Positions 29,326 through 42,701 of a stretch of 64,000 nt of DNA are shown piece by piece (positions within the stretch are counted from its first letter, which is position 1; every line of letters starts with the position of its first letter). The DNA comes from Octopus sinensis (lineage: Eukaryota). The position numbers and the translations under genes are program-made. A model generated the notes under the pieces. It had not been told where the DNA came from, did not search any database, and saw only the letters and a list, made by a program, of their open reading frames with translations. The stretch spans positions 58,900,001-58,964,000 of the forward strand of contig NC_043008.1 of assembly GCF_006345805.1 (NCBI RefSeq), written 5' to 3'.

Positions 29326-29987
29326 AGTTGTTGCTTTACTCAGTAAATATTTCAAATTGTTTTCGTTATCTACAAATATTTCATGTAACAAGGGTCATGG
29401 TTATTTATAATTAACCGCTGCTTTCCAAATCGAGGTTTGGAAGCATTTTAAGGAATTGAAAATAATGGCGGTGTGTTTAGCAGCAATATCCTGGGATGAA
29501 TTGTAACGAAAATAGCAGTTATGATACTTCTATCAATTTGATCCAAGAATATAGGAAATACGTTGAGAGCAGTTCAGAACATTTAGTGTTATTGATAACT
29601 AGTCGAAGCCAACACATAAGTATTTTATTTAAAATGTTACCTATGAAAGAAGTAAAAATAGGAAAGCCATATGATGAGATGAGATTCCAAAAGCATAGAA
29701 AACGGAATAGAGGAGGAATTTATGACGAGGAGAAATGGAACAAGTACTGTAACATCTGATTTGCAGTTTCACTAAAAATTGTATAGAAATAGTAGAATTA
29801 GTGAAAAGAAAAGTAGTTTTGTAGCAACACATGGAAAGGAAGTGAATTGGGTTGTATAAAAGACTCGATATGTTTTATCTTAATTGTAGTAGAATGTGAT
29901 TTCATAATATTTTCGAATGAATCTTGTATTACTATTTTAAAAAAATGTTAAATATGTAACACGTTTCTTGTTTCTTTTTATTTTCAG

Positions 29988-30714
29988 ATTTATAGCCATT
30001 GTATATCCCATCAAGGCTCATATTCTCTGCAGCAAGAAGAAAGTTATCCTAACAATAGTCTGTATCTGGCCAATAGCGCTCATTTGCGGGTTACCAACCG
30101 TGATTTTCAATGGTCTTTTGTTTGGACATTCGAAATTGATATTTTGCACGCTGATGTTTCCAAAACCTTATGACATAATGTACAGGGTGCTCTACAAATA
30201 CGCTGAAGCATTCTTATACTTTTACTTTCCAATAGGCATACAGATTGTATTGTATTCCATAATCGCCCGCCGACTGTTCGTCAGCGCAAAAGAACTAACA
30301 ACAAGATTCCAGATGCGAACTGAAAATAATCGTAAATCTGAAAAATCTCATGAAGCCGTCAAAGCCAGGAGGGGTGTTGTGAAAATGTTAATGGCTTGTG
30401 TAATTATATATGTGCTCAGCTATCTTCCACCACAAGTTCTTCTCTTTTATAATACTTTTGCTATTAAAAAGTTCGAGAGTACTTGGTCGTACAGGGTTTT
30501 CTCTATTAGCCTCTCATATATAAATTCGGCAGCAAATCCAGTGCTTTATAGTATATTTAGCCAGAATTTTCGCAAGAAATTCCGCATTTCGCTTTGCTAC
30601 CTCTGCACAAAATTAGGAGATGGTATTTATCGCAGACAGCGGTCAGATTCTTTCGATTCTCACATGACATCACGACCAGTCAGTAGTCTAAAAACTTCAA
30701 CATCGAAACTTTGA
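29988..30714 (+). CDS. Terminal coding exon of a rhodopsin-like (class A) GPCR, neuropeptide-receptor type (end of TM3 to C-terminus)
   Basis: Polypyrimidine acceptor tttctttttattttcag ends at 29987, phase 2 within the Arg codon of the (E/D)RF motif. Translation shows FIAIVYP (TM3 end), TM4 with W and P (CIWPIALICGLP), an ECL2 Cys, TM5 (YFYFPIGIQIVLYSII), TM6 (ARRGVVKMLMACVIIYVLSYLP), TM7 NPVLY, helix 8 SQNFRKKF, Cys residues CYLC, and TGA at 30712-30714. AATAAA occurs downstream near 31273 and 31511. Confidence 0.93.
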
Positions 30715-32204
30715 AGGATGATGGGAAAAAACGACATCAAAAGAAAAGACATTTGCCAATGATTCAAATCATATATAAACAAAATTTTAATATTTTAAAA
30801 GAAATATATTGAAGAATCAACGTGAACGATAGGAGAAAATACTGTATTATATAATCACACCATGAGTACGTACCCCACCATTATTCATGAGCACGTAATG
30901 TATTCTATCCATGTGCAGTGTTAACTTACTGATTGTAAATACCTACTCATTCTACAGATCCTGTATTAACTACGAGTTCATCTTTAACTAGGATATTATT
31001 GTTTAAATACGACTCGTTTCGGTGGCTGAACTAAATTTAAGAACAACATATACTTTCGTCCCACCATGTTCAGAGTTCAAATCCTCCTATTTTAATTATT
31101 TCATCTCCGGGAGGTTGGGTTTCGAAACAATAATTCCCAGCAGTATCCTGAAACCAGTTCTGCAGACTATACCATTCCTCAACAAATGATATATATATAT
31201 ATGATCCTGCCTTTGGTTCTGTCTTCAGTTATAAATTCTTAATTGAAAAATATTCTATTAAATGCATTTGGAATAAAAATACACTTCAAGACATCGATGT
31301 CACATGGGAAGCATGGAGGATTAAATCGATTTCTGGAATTAGCAGCATTGGAACTCATTCAACAATCATCGATAATTCCTTGAGATAATAACGCATATAC
31401 CCATCAACCAAGTACAAAATCAAATCAAGAATATATTTTTAATGATTACATTGGAGTGTATACATTTTTCATTTAAAATTTCCATAATAGATTTCGTTTC
31501 ATTTAAACAAAAATAAAATGACATAAAAAAAATTGCAGCGTAAACACTGTGCTATTTCGTTTACATAGTGTTGCATACTACGTTCAAATCTCGCTGGAGT
31601 TCGCTTTGTTTTTCATAATCCTAATCCGGCATCAATAAAATAATTACCTGCTATAAACTGGAGTCGTTTTACACAATTATAAGCTTCTCCACAGGAGAGC
31701 CGTGGCATAGTGCCAAAGTTTTAAGCCTCTTTGCTTAAACAGTAACATTTTAAACGACATTGAAAAGACATTATTTAAGATATATGTGACTAATGCATAT
31801 TTATAATATATGATTGTACGAAGTATTGGACACGTTTTACAGTATTTCTGTTGTTTAGATGGTCAAATGTTATAGGGCCTTGTTGGTTTATGATCTCTGT
31901 ATTTTCTAACTGATATGTAAATATTTATTAATCTAATGAGTTTAGTGATTGACTAAGCTCGTGAACTAATTTATTTTAATTGCTGATTCCTCTGTTGACA
32001 TGATGTGTTTAGTAATTAGTGCTAATATCTTCCATTAAATGATGTGTATGTGATTGGTGTTGTGCTGTCTGGGAAGTCTGGTTGCATTTGACGAAAGAAA
32101 AAAATAAATGTTTTCAAGGAACGGACATCAGAAATAGCACACAATTCTATATAAAGGAACGCGACCGTGTATCAACATAACCTAACATACAGCCGCTATA
32201 GCAA

Positions 32205-32235
32205 CACCACCAACTACTTCTACTGCTGCTCTACT

Positions 32236-32275
<40 letters not shown>

Positions 32276-32330
32276 TACTACTACTACTACTACTACTACT
32301 GTTACTACTACTGTTACTACTACTTGTGTA
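32205..32330. repeat. (CTA)n microsatellite
   Basis: Direct reading. Confidence 0.9.
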
Positions 32331-32625
32331 TCCATCATATGAACTTGTTAGTGGAGAAAAAGATATTACCAATCATTTTCAAGTCTTCCAATTTATTCAT
32401 GCGTCTCTTATTTGTTTCCTTTTTCTGATAAAATTGCTATTCACTCATTCATATTTTGTTTTATAAATATACGAAAGATTTGAAGATGATTCAGAAGTGT
32501 GCCGGAATAGGGTACAAGCTGGCTTTAAAATTCTTACAAATTTCATGTTCGTTATTTAGTATCGTAACTTATATATCACTGGGTTCTTAGCCATAATCAG
32601 TCGAAATATTATAGACTATGGTATA

Positions 32626-32670
<45 letters not shown>

Positions 32671-32678
<8 letters not shown>

Positions 32679-32834
32679 ATGTTACATTACTCGGTAGCCA
32701 AGATAAAACTCTGAGTTTCAGATGCCGAAGTGGAAATCCGAAGATAACCGAAGAGATGGTGTTGTGGATTTCCACTTCGGCATCTGAAACTCAGAGTTTT
32801 ATCTTGACTAACGAGTAATGTAACATATTGTATA
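32671..32834. repeat. Foldback with 69-bp arms and 26-nt loop next to (TA)n
   Basis: 32671-32739 versus 32766-32834 are reverse complementary with 2 mismatches. Confidence 0.9.
32741..32805 (+). ncRNA. Variant hammerhead-like motif in a foldback element
   Basis: aagataa-CCGAAGA-gatg...catct-GAAA-ctcagag-TT-ttatctt. Stem I is a perfect 7 bp and stem III is ctc/gag; the core has U4C and one extra nucleotide at the stem II junction. Confidence 0.4.
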
Positions 32835-32900
32835 GATAAATTTCCTCTATTTACATAATATTGAGGTCTCTTTCTTTCTTTTGTTATCTTACCGTTTTAT

Positions 32901-32966
<66 letters not shown>

Positions 32967-35408
32967 TATATATATATAATATACAGACCTGTATGTGTGA
33001 GTCTGTGCATGTATGTGTGTGTGTTGTGTTAGTTTGTGAAACTTATGCCATCCCATCTCTGAGTTTCCCAAACCCGACTATTCGTATGATTTAAGTAGGA
33101 AATCAATATGATCATAAATTATATAAATATAATAAGTAACATACACATCGAAATATGAATAGTCAACATTATGCAGAGATTTCATTGGTTGCAGAAAAGA
33201 ACGTTAGAAAATGCGTCATACATTCAACTATTTAATTATTTCTTGGTATCCTCCTCTATTCACGTGCAAAATCATGTGGTTTTCGTGTCTTCAGTATCAT
33301 ATGTAAAAAAAATAAATAAATAATAAATGAATAAATAAACAAAACAAATAACACGTAAGAAAAAGGGGCGGCTATTGTTAATAAAGTTTAATGTTAATGG
33401 ATGCTTGTATGTTTTTTTTTTCTCTTTTTTTAAATTTTTGCTTTTCAGAATATTTCATATCCATTATATAGAACATAAAACCTTTTCTTTCTTGCTATAG
33501 AAAAATAGAAAATAGATGTCTGAAGTTTTGAAATAAACAAGAATGCAGCTGTCATCAAGATTCAGAATACCCGTTCTTTAGTTTGAAATTGTAAAAAATA
33601 TAATCGGCTTTTTACAATCACCTTAGAGTAGCTCCCGTTAAATATTTGGGTGAGGGCAGATTTTCTGAAAAAATACGAGTCTATAGTTGATGATATTAAC
33701 CTATCAGGTCCCCATTTATTAAAGTAGTGAAGCGGTACCTGAATGTGTAAGATGTTGCAAAGACCTTATTTTAAAGTGATTGTTAGTAAACCCCACATAG
33801 CTGTGTGTTTCATCGTTATTTACAAGGATCTATATCTCGATTGACCTTAGAGACAAACATATCTTCCACAAAGAGCAGAAATAGAAAAGGTTTGCGTGTT
33901 CGTACAGACAATTTTGCCGCTGTTGACACGGACTAGGGAGCAGCAAAGTTTGTGTTCAAACTGTAGCATGGGTTAAGTTATGCAATCTACAGAAAATGCA
34001 TACTTGTAAAGGTTAAGGAAATTGAAAATTGAAACACAGATTTGATATGATGTGCTATTTAGGAAAAATAATTTCCAAGGAAACCATCTAATTGGACATT
34101 TTCTTTAGTGAATTACGTTGCTTATATATTACATTCGACCTTATTGAAAATTATGGCCAGAGGATTAGTCGAAGAGAGAGAGAGACAGAAAGAGACACAC
34201 ACCCACACAGAGTGACACAGAGTGAGAGTGAGTAATTTATTTTAACGTGAATACACTGAGATTCTTGACGAATGAAGGCCACCTGTTTTCAGAACACCAA
34301 CCACAGATCCTAAAGATGCAATTAGAAAGCCTTGAATCTCAAGAAATATCTAAACTAGCAGGTCTATACAAAATTACATGAATTGCAACGGGGAAGAACG
34401 CCTTAATAAGATTGGATGGTAATTCGGTTTCTTCGTGATTTGGAACGCATGGATTTGAATCTAGCAGCAGGTTACTATTGTACATTTTCTGATTGAAAAT
34501 TAATGCATAAAATAAACCACAAAATCGCCAAACACACACACGCGTAAACATATACACACATAGATATGTACGAATGTATCTCTCGCTCTCTCTCTCTCTT
34601 GATATGTATCTATGCTGTATATATAAATGTGTCTGTGTATATTCATCTCGAAAGTAAGGTGGATGTTTTGTTAGAGCACAGAATCCTGCATTCATTACCT
34701 TGAGAGGACATCACAGATGTACTGTTGGTCCATAAAAGCACTCGCACGTATATCATTCACAGACGAGAACCGCCTGCTAAAGGCAAAATAAATGGATGTC
34801 TGTAACTGTGGAGCTTAAAGCAAGGCGAAATTACTTGAACTGGTATCTCAGGCAGTCGTAGCAGGAGGTTCTCGTCTGCCGATATGAACAGGAGTGGTTT
34901 TATGCGTCACGGATCCTTATGAAAAGGTTCTCAAGATAAATAAAGCAGTTTTCTGGTTCTTGCACAACGTGCCGTTACTTTGGAGATGAAGAACGGTTTC
35001 TGGTATTACTACAGTTTCTATCTTTATTGATTATTTTTTTTATAAGCACACTGTCTATTTGCAATATCAGTACAAGACCAGACACTGATATTCTATAAGC
35101 CGTTGGCGGGAGTTTCAGCTGTTGTCGCTACCGGATGTGTGTCACTGAGGATCCCAATACACGGCGATATCATGTGATTTGGCAGTTAAGGCGTCCATAG
35201 CAGACGTGTCTAGTCTGTGAATGATATAAATACGAGAGCATTTATTACCAGGAATCACTACGACAGGTTTTCTCAAGGTACATAATGCAATATTCTGTGT
35301 TTAAAAATCAACATCCACGTTACATTATAGATAAGGACTGCATTTTGCTATTAATATTGCCTGTATCTCTTATTTCATGCATATATGCATACATACATAC
35401 GTACATAC

Positions 35409-35461
<53 letters not shown>

Positions 35462-35462
<1 letters not shown>

Positions 35463-36025
35463 ACATTATTGGTGAATTGAATAATGGGCTGACGCAGATT
35501 GAACAGAAATCGTTTTTTTCATTCTACACGTGTTTCGAAAGGCACAAATTACCAAAATCCGATTGAATAATGGGACCATATTGTGTCTTTTCTCAGAAGA
35601 AAAAAGGAAATCCGTTGAAAAACAAAAACAGAACAGAGGCAGAGCAAAAAACAAATCGAACTGTGCTCCTAAGAGCCCATGGCGAAACTGTTATTCTCGG
35701 TCACAAAGAACATCTATACACCCTCACCCACATGATTGACCGATGCCTGACCTGTTGAATTCTTCAGCCACCGGTTCTCAACACACTGATAAACAGTTTC
35801 GCCATGGGCTCTTAGGAGCACAGTTCGATTTGTTTTTTGCTCTGCCTCGTGTTTGTGTTTTTCCAACGGATTTCCTTTTTTCTTCCTGAAGAGAAAGACA
35901 CAATATGGTCCCATTATTCAATCGGATTTTGGTAATTTGTGCCTTTCGAAACACGTGTAGAATGAAATAAAACGATTTCTGTTCAATCTGCGTTCAGCTC
36001 CATTTCTTCAATTCACCAATATGTT
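35462..36025. repeat. Large foldback (about 235-bp inverted arms, about 94-nt loop), probable PLE pseudo-LTR derivative
   Basis: 35462-35694 is the reverse complement of 35789-36025 apart from scattered 1-nt indels. The left end abuts (TA)n and the right arm carries the HHR. Confidence 0.9.
35879..35967 (+). ncRNA. Type I hammerhead ribozyme motif with near-canonical core
   Basis: tttcttc-CTGAAGA(35886-35892)-gaaagacacaa...ttgtgcctttc-GAAA(35948-35951)-cacgtg-TA-gaatgaaa. Stems I, II and III all pair by eye; predicted cleavage GUA after 35959. Confidence 0.75.
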
Positions 36026-36168
36026 TTAATTTCAATTATCCGCACCAACGCACGGTTGCAACGCCAGATGGTTGTACCTCCAACCGTGCTTTCACTGCTG
36101 TGATTTTGCTACTAAGGTATCGGTAAACTTTTGATTAATCTACTACAAGATTATTCATCTTTCTATTC

Positions 36169-36203
<35 letters not shown>

Positions 36204-36427
36204 GTAAAATATTTAATAACTTAATAAAATTTTCATACCCAACAACACCAAATCTTAGCAGCTCATATATTATTCTAATAAATCTAATTTCCGCCTACGG
36301 CATGAATAATTATAGATCTGTGCAGCACTCGAAGGAAGGCCAACTCTTAGACGCAATAAGGCGACTCAGACTAATTTCACACATCCAAAATATTAAAATT
36401 CCTTCACACGAATCTCACCGTATATGT

Positions 36428-36461
<34 letters not shown>

Positions 36462-36519
36462 ATATATATAGATGCGTGAATTTTTCCCTTGTTAACAATT
36501 CACATGGAAAAAGTATATG

Positions 36520-37890
36520 AATAGTTACCAGGGTAGCAAAGATTCACACAAGTAAAACGGTTGTAACTCCTTGATTTAAAGATAAAAACGTCGGGTTTAC
36601 GTGAAATAGTTTGTAAAATATATATAAATAAATAAATGGAGTTAAACGCAGGTGTATTATTCAAATTCTTTTACTTCCGACAAGTTTCTAAGATATCAGT
36701 TGTATTAACTAAGCGTGCGTTTCCGCCAATGTTTACATCGGTATACACGCTCTATAACCGTGTTTACAAGGGGATTAAAAAAAAAGAATAAAGAATAGTT
36801 CAGATTTACAAAGAAGACATAATTCCTACCCTTTGTCATAAGGTATCAAGATTGAGAGAATGAACCAATCTAAATTAAATTGTTTATTGTTGTCTTTTAG
36901 ATTCCAAATTAATTTACTAAGCCCTGTACTGTTACGTTTCCTTCTATCCCTAAATGTAGAGTAATGGTTAGACATTCCATTGATAACTGAGATGTGCTTC
37001 CTGTATAAAAATATACTTCATTACCAGTAGTAATTTAACACTGGTATATGGAATTTTTAATTTTAGAGTTACTTGACATAAACTTGATTTTGTTGTAATT
37101 GACTTCAGATACAATAACCTTGTTATTAATATTCCTAGGGGGATGGATGGTACTAGCTAAATTAATGTTAGTATTAGTAAATGTATTAATATTTAACAGG
37201 TTAATATTATGTGAAGAGATAATTTGCATGAGATTTTTTGTGATGGAAAAAAACCAATCCTAACCGTGTGTGAGCTGATAATAGAGTAATACCTAGAATT
37301 TTTGGAAAATTCCTAATAATAGCTTCACGAAACTGCAAAGGAAGATTAGATTTAATTTACCTCCCGTATGGAATAATTAGCCAAATGGTTTTACTATTAG
37401 TTATCTTATTTTTAGTGTAATTATTTTCAAAAGACATAGATTTACCTTTAGAATGAAAATAGGGGATTAAATAAGGGTTATCTCTCTAGCTCTGCTTGAT
37501 TTTGGAGTATAAATTAAAACTGATATCGTTTATATCCTTACAACTAGATTTCATATCTACATTGGTAAAGATAGAATAAGATTGAATGGAATTAATGTAG
37601 GTAACTTTCTCTCAGAGTTATAAAATTCGGCCTTATCATTGAAAATGTCAACATTAGCAGATAACCTAGAAATCTAAATGAAATATTTTTAACTAAGTTC
37701 CTAGTAATTGTCATAGAATGATTATTGAGTTTGCTAATATACTTAAGATTGGTTGATGGTTTGTGGTATGGGAAGTAAGAGTTATTGTGTAAGTTAAGTG
37801 TAATGTCTACAAAGTTGGCCTTCGTCATATCATCATCAAAAACGATGCTTAAGCCCATTCTACGGAAAAATTTAACTAAACTATTCTTAA
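36520..37890 (-). mobile_element. Penelope-like element relic (RT thumb, linker, GIY-YIG endonuclease, 3' region), frameshifted
   Basis: Minus-strand segments read MGLSIVFDDDMTKANFVDITLNLHNNSYFPYHKP...KLNNHSMTITRNLVKNIS; KTIWLIIPY; IISSHNINLL; FYTGST; NHYSTFRDRRKRNSTGLSKLIWNLKDNNKQFNLDWFIL...LCLLCKSELFFI; YRCKH. These match PLE RT and GIY-YIG motifs as I recall them. Confidence 0.85.
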
Positions 37891-38526
37891 CTTTTTGTAC
37901 CTTACATATATATATATTTCTACAAATGTATGAATATATTTAAATGTCTATGGCTATATCTATCAACAAACACATGCACACAAGCGCGCGCACACGCAGC
38001 AGTTACTATCACAACTGGCGAATATATAACACTACAAAGTGGATAGTTATGGTGTTATTTATAGACTTGCTGGTGTCGAAATTTGCTTAAGAAATATGAA
38101 CTATACATTTCCACCAAACAGAAGTGTACAAGTGTACAAGATGCGTAAACGATTTTGATACTGGCGAAACAACAAGAACACATAAATTTCAGTCAATGTC
38201 GGTTAATTACAGATCAAAAAGGAATACATCTTCAAGTACTTTGTATAAATTTTCATTACTTTTCATCAGTATATTCACTATACATTCTTATACGTGCCTA
38301 GATATGCACACACATACATTCAACTTCATACGCGCACATCCATCTTGGTGCATGCATACGATGTGATAATGTGTGCGCGTCTCTCTTTTACTTTCATGTG
38401 TGTATGAATATATGTCTGTATATATATATATATATATAAGCACACACACATACACATACATCTATCTATCTATCTCTCTATACATACATACATACATATA
38501 TATATACATATATGTATATATATATC

Positions 38527-38578
<52 letters not shown>

Positions 38579-39379
38579 TATGTATATGTGGTGTCTTCGT
38601 GTAAAAAATATCTACTTTCAAAGAATTATATGTTTGTTTTTAAAGTTTATTTTTCATATCGGTCTCCACACCCAATCTCACATATACATACTTACCCACA
38701 TACATATATCTATTCTCTTTTTATGTTTATGAAACAAACAGAATACCGAAAGCGAAAACGTCTCTTACAATCAGAAAAAAAATCTACAAAGAGTATTAAG
38801 AAAATATAAAAAAAGGAACAAATCCTTCAGTTCTCCTATGTTTTCTCGTTTAGGCACACTATTAATGCACACTATAATATACATTAAAGAGAAAAATCAC
38901 ATTTATACGAGTAGGTAATTATTTAATGAACATGTATAATTTAGTGGAATCAGATACGAAGTCGACCTAGTACCGGACAGTTGCCTGAAAAAAACTGCAA
39001 AATAATACATTTGAATGCACCGTAATTATTCCAAGTAACTTGAGAAAAAGTAAAACAGAGACACAAACCGCAAGACAGTTACAGATAATGTAATTTGATA
39101 ATAAAAATTTCTGGAGTACTTATTTAATTCTATCAAACTGCATAGATATACGTATGAATCGCAAGTCCATACATACATTAATATAATGATAGAACTACGT
39201 GTCTCTCTCACCTCACGCATATCTTTATATGCACACATGCATAGACACATGAATACACGCGTACGTATGCACATATAACACGGGCGTATATATATCTATA
39301 TATAAACATGGAATTTTTTATACATATATGTATGTGTATATTTATAAGTTTGTATTTTTGGTTATATATATATATATAC

Positions 39380-39411
<32 letters not shown>

Positions 39412-39473
39412 ACATATGTATGTATGCCAATGTATATATATATTATATATATATATATATATATACACACACG

Positions 39474-39677
39474 TGGGGGCACATGGCCTGGTGCTTAGAG
39501 CAGCGGACTCGCGGTCGAGGGATCGCGGGTTCGAAAAACAGAACGTTAGAAGTGTGTTTATGAGCGAAACACCTAGGCTCCACGCGGCTCCGGCAGAAGG
39601 TAATGACGAACTTCTGCTGACTCTTTCGCCAAAACTTTCTTTCACTCTTTCCTCCTGCATCTTGCAGCTCACCTGCA
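39474..39677 (+). mobile_element. SINE family B, 3'-truncated
   Basis: ggggcacatggcctggtgcttagagcagcggactcgcgg...cttgcagctcacctgca. Confidence 0.8.
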
Positions 39678-40069
39678 ATAATATAAATGACGGTAGAACT
39701 CACTACACGATGTGCAGCAAAATAAAATATTTATAAATAGTTTACTTTTAATTCGAAATTTCACTGAGGCTGACTTACCAAAGAATGATATGAAAATAAA
39801 ATGTAACGTATATATAAATATACTTGAATTGGTGTGGGTAAGTATTGTCATCGTAAAACTAGAAGAGTATGGAATCTTTGTCTGGATGTCAGATGTTTAA
39901 TACACGAGAGCGATACAGAATATTGAAAACGTAAGATTGGTCGAAAAAAGGAGAGAATATTTGTTTTGTATTAACGATCAGGAAAAGAGCATCTAACATT
40001 AGCATTCATTTAAAATTTCATATACTCAAATTGATTCTATAATAAGTGTGTCCGTGAGTTAATAATTGT

Positions 40070-40260
40070 TTCAAATTTTGGCACAAGGCCAGCAGTTACA
40101 GTTTAGAGAAGAAGGTCGATTACATCCACCTCAGTTCTTCATGAGTACTGGATTTTATTGCCCTGGAAGGACGAAATGCAAAGTTAACCTCGGCGGGATT
40201 TGAGATCAGAAGAAGCAAGAAGAAATGTCGCTAAGCCTTTATTCCGACACACAAACTGCC
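40070..40260 (-). mobile_element. SINE family M, diverged
   Basis: ggaaggacgaaatgcaaagttaacctcggcgggatttgag matches the reverse complement of the core. Confidence 0.65.
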
Positions 40261-41603
40261 GCATTTTGAAAGTTTGTAGTTAATGAATACTGAATACTGG
40301 GGCAATATTCATGAAATAAAAGTTCGAAAAAAATTGGGTTATCAGATGAAGTGAGGTAATTGCTATTTTCCAAGTAAATTACTTCAGAAAGTAATCTATA
40401 AATTCTTCCACTCAGAAGAGATTTATACAGAGTGAAAGAATATTAACTACATAGTGAAATGGAAAATAACATTCAGGATCAGTCCTGTTCCGATCATAAG
40501 AGATATGGAATTTTATGCTCCTTAGAAAGCTTAGCTACTTTATTTGCTATGAGAAATCTTCTCGTTATAAACGTAACGAAATTATAACCCCGTGTAAACA
40601 GCGCCTTAGACTCATATCTCTGCCACAAACCCTGAACTTCATCATAAAATTAATATGGATATTCTCCACTAAATTTTATTCAATTCTTTAGATTTCACAA
40701 GATAATTTGTTTAAAGACTAAACCACTTTCACGTAACTTTGATTACTGAAATTAGTTTGGGTTCTACTTAAAGATTTCAGCAGTCTCTGCCAGCATAAAT
40801 TGTTTAAATAGATTAATGAAATTTACCACATACATGAAACAGTCTTAAGGCATGTCATCATTTTCATACACCACCCCTTACACTGTAAAACAGAGAGCAA
40901 TTGGACAACAACGTTTCTCATTCTTTAATATTATTTTCACATTTTGAGACAAAGCCAGCAAATTACAGAGAGCTGGTAAGTCGATTATATCGACAGCAGT
41001 TCTCAACTGGTACATTTACGTATTTCTTGGGGTGATTCAGCGCGAGGCCAATACCACAACCACCAAGCCAAACGCCTTCTTATTTCTAATTAGCAAGTAT
41101 TGGAGTACGTAACGTAACCTCACACGTTGTGTCATTGTCTGTCTCTACCGTGTATTTGTTATTTTATATACAACACTACAAACACATAAACATTCATACA
41201 CACTCATACACACACACATAAATGGACACATATACATACACACACATACACACGCATACACACACGCGTGCACATATATGGCCGGCTGAATAAGAGCTTC
41301 GCTTGAAATACCAACAGTTACGAGTATATATATGCATGCATATACACAGAAGTATTGCAAGAGATATGGAGAGGCGTGCACAGAACGTTAATAATAATCT
41401 CACAAACTCTATGAAGTAATAATCACTCATAAGGAGGATATGATTCAATATGTAATACAGAACGCATCGACAACTACCTACATATCGCAGATGCTCATAG
41501 ACCATTGCATGACTGTATTCGTTATGTAAAGGCCATATCCGTCCCTTTTTATAGCACTTGTAATATCTATCTATTCTATCTGTCTGTCCGTTTGTATGTA
41601 TGG

Positions 41604-41674
<71 letters not shown>

Positions 41675-41716
41675 ACTATTTATACATACATATATGTGCA
41701 TATGTTTGTGTGTGTG

Positions 41717-41774
<58 letters not shown>

Positions 41775-41919
41775 CCTATATATATATACATGCATATACA
41801 TACATATATGTGTATATGTTTGTATATGTGTGTATATATATATGTATATATATACGCATATGTAGATATATGAATATACATACATACGTACATACATACA
41901 TACATACATACATACATGC

Positions 41920-41950
<31 letters not shown>

Positions 41951-41963
41951 ATATATATATATA

Positions 41964-42632
41964 CAGTAGCATCTCGATTTTCGAACAACTCTGATGTCGA
42001 ATAAATCGTGCTTTTTAAGTTTGTTTATTTGTATTTTGAAATTAGCTATTTCATCTTTAAATATGAAAAATTAAATTTATTAGATTTTTATTATATGTGC
42101 ATATACATTTATTTATAGAGATTATTTTAGATCTTAATTATAATATTTATATACATTTATATATTTTCATTGATAATTTATATATATTAGTAATTTTTAA
42201 ATATTTATGTAATTAGATATAGACTAATACCGATATTAGATTATAGGTGGGTTTCCTACCTTATAAATTAAAATTAATATTTAACATTATAGTCGATTTT
42301 GATATAATCATAATTGTTAAGTTCTATGTTTCTAGTTTGATAATAGAGTTTATTATAAGTAAAATTATTATATTATTTACATCTTAAAAATATTGTTTAA
42401 AATTTCTGATTATATTTTAGATATTTCAATTACCTGAAGATTGACTGTAACCATAACTCGAAATATACGAATTGGACAGCCATGAAACGATCGTAGTGTT
42501 TTACTCATTATCTTTTATTAAACTTTTAATACTTTTGATATATATTAAAATAATATAAATTAATTAGTTTTATGTATTGGCTTAAGTTTTTCATTGTTTG
42601 ATTTGCCTCATAGTGGTTTTATCTCTAATTTG

Positions 42633-42701
<69 letters not shown>

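Noticed and set aside
29496-29759. 87-aa ORF with an NSS sequon just upstream of the GPCR exon, as a possible receptor N-terminus
   Set aside because: No TM1-TM3 hydrophobic segments and no suitable phase-2 donor.
35665-35700. Second HHR-like string CCTAAGA-gcccatggc-GAAA-ctgtt in the large foldback, opposite polarity to the main HHR
   Set aside because: The essential G5 is absent in both arms and stem I does not pair.
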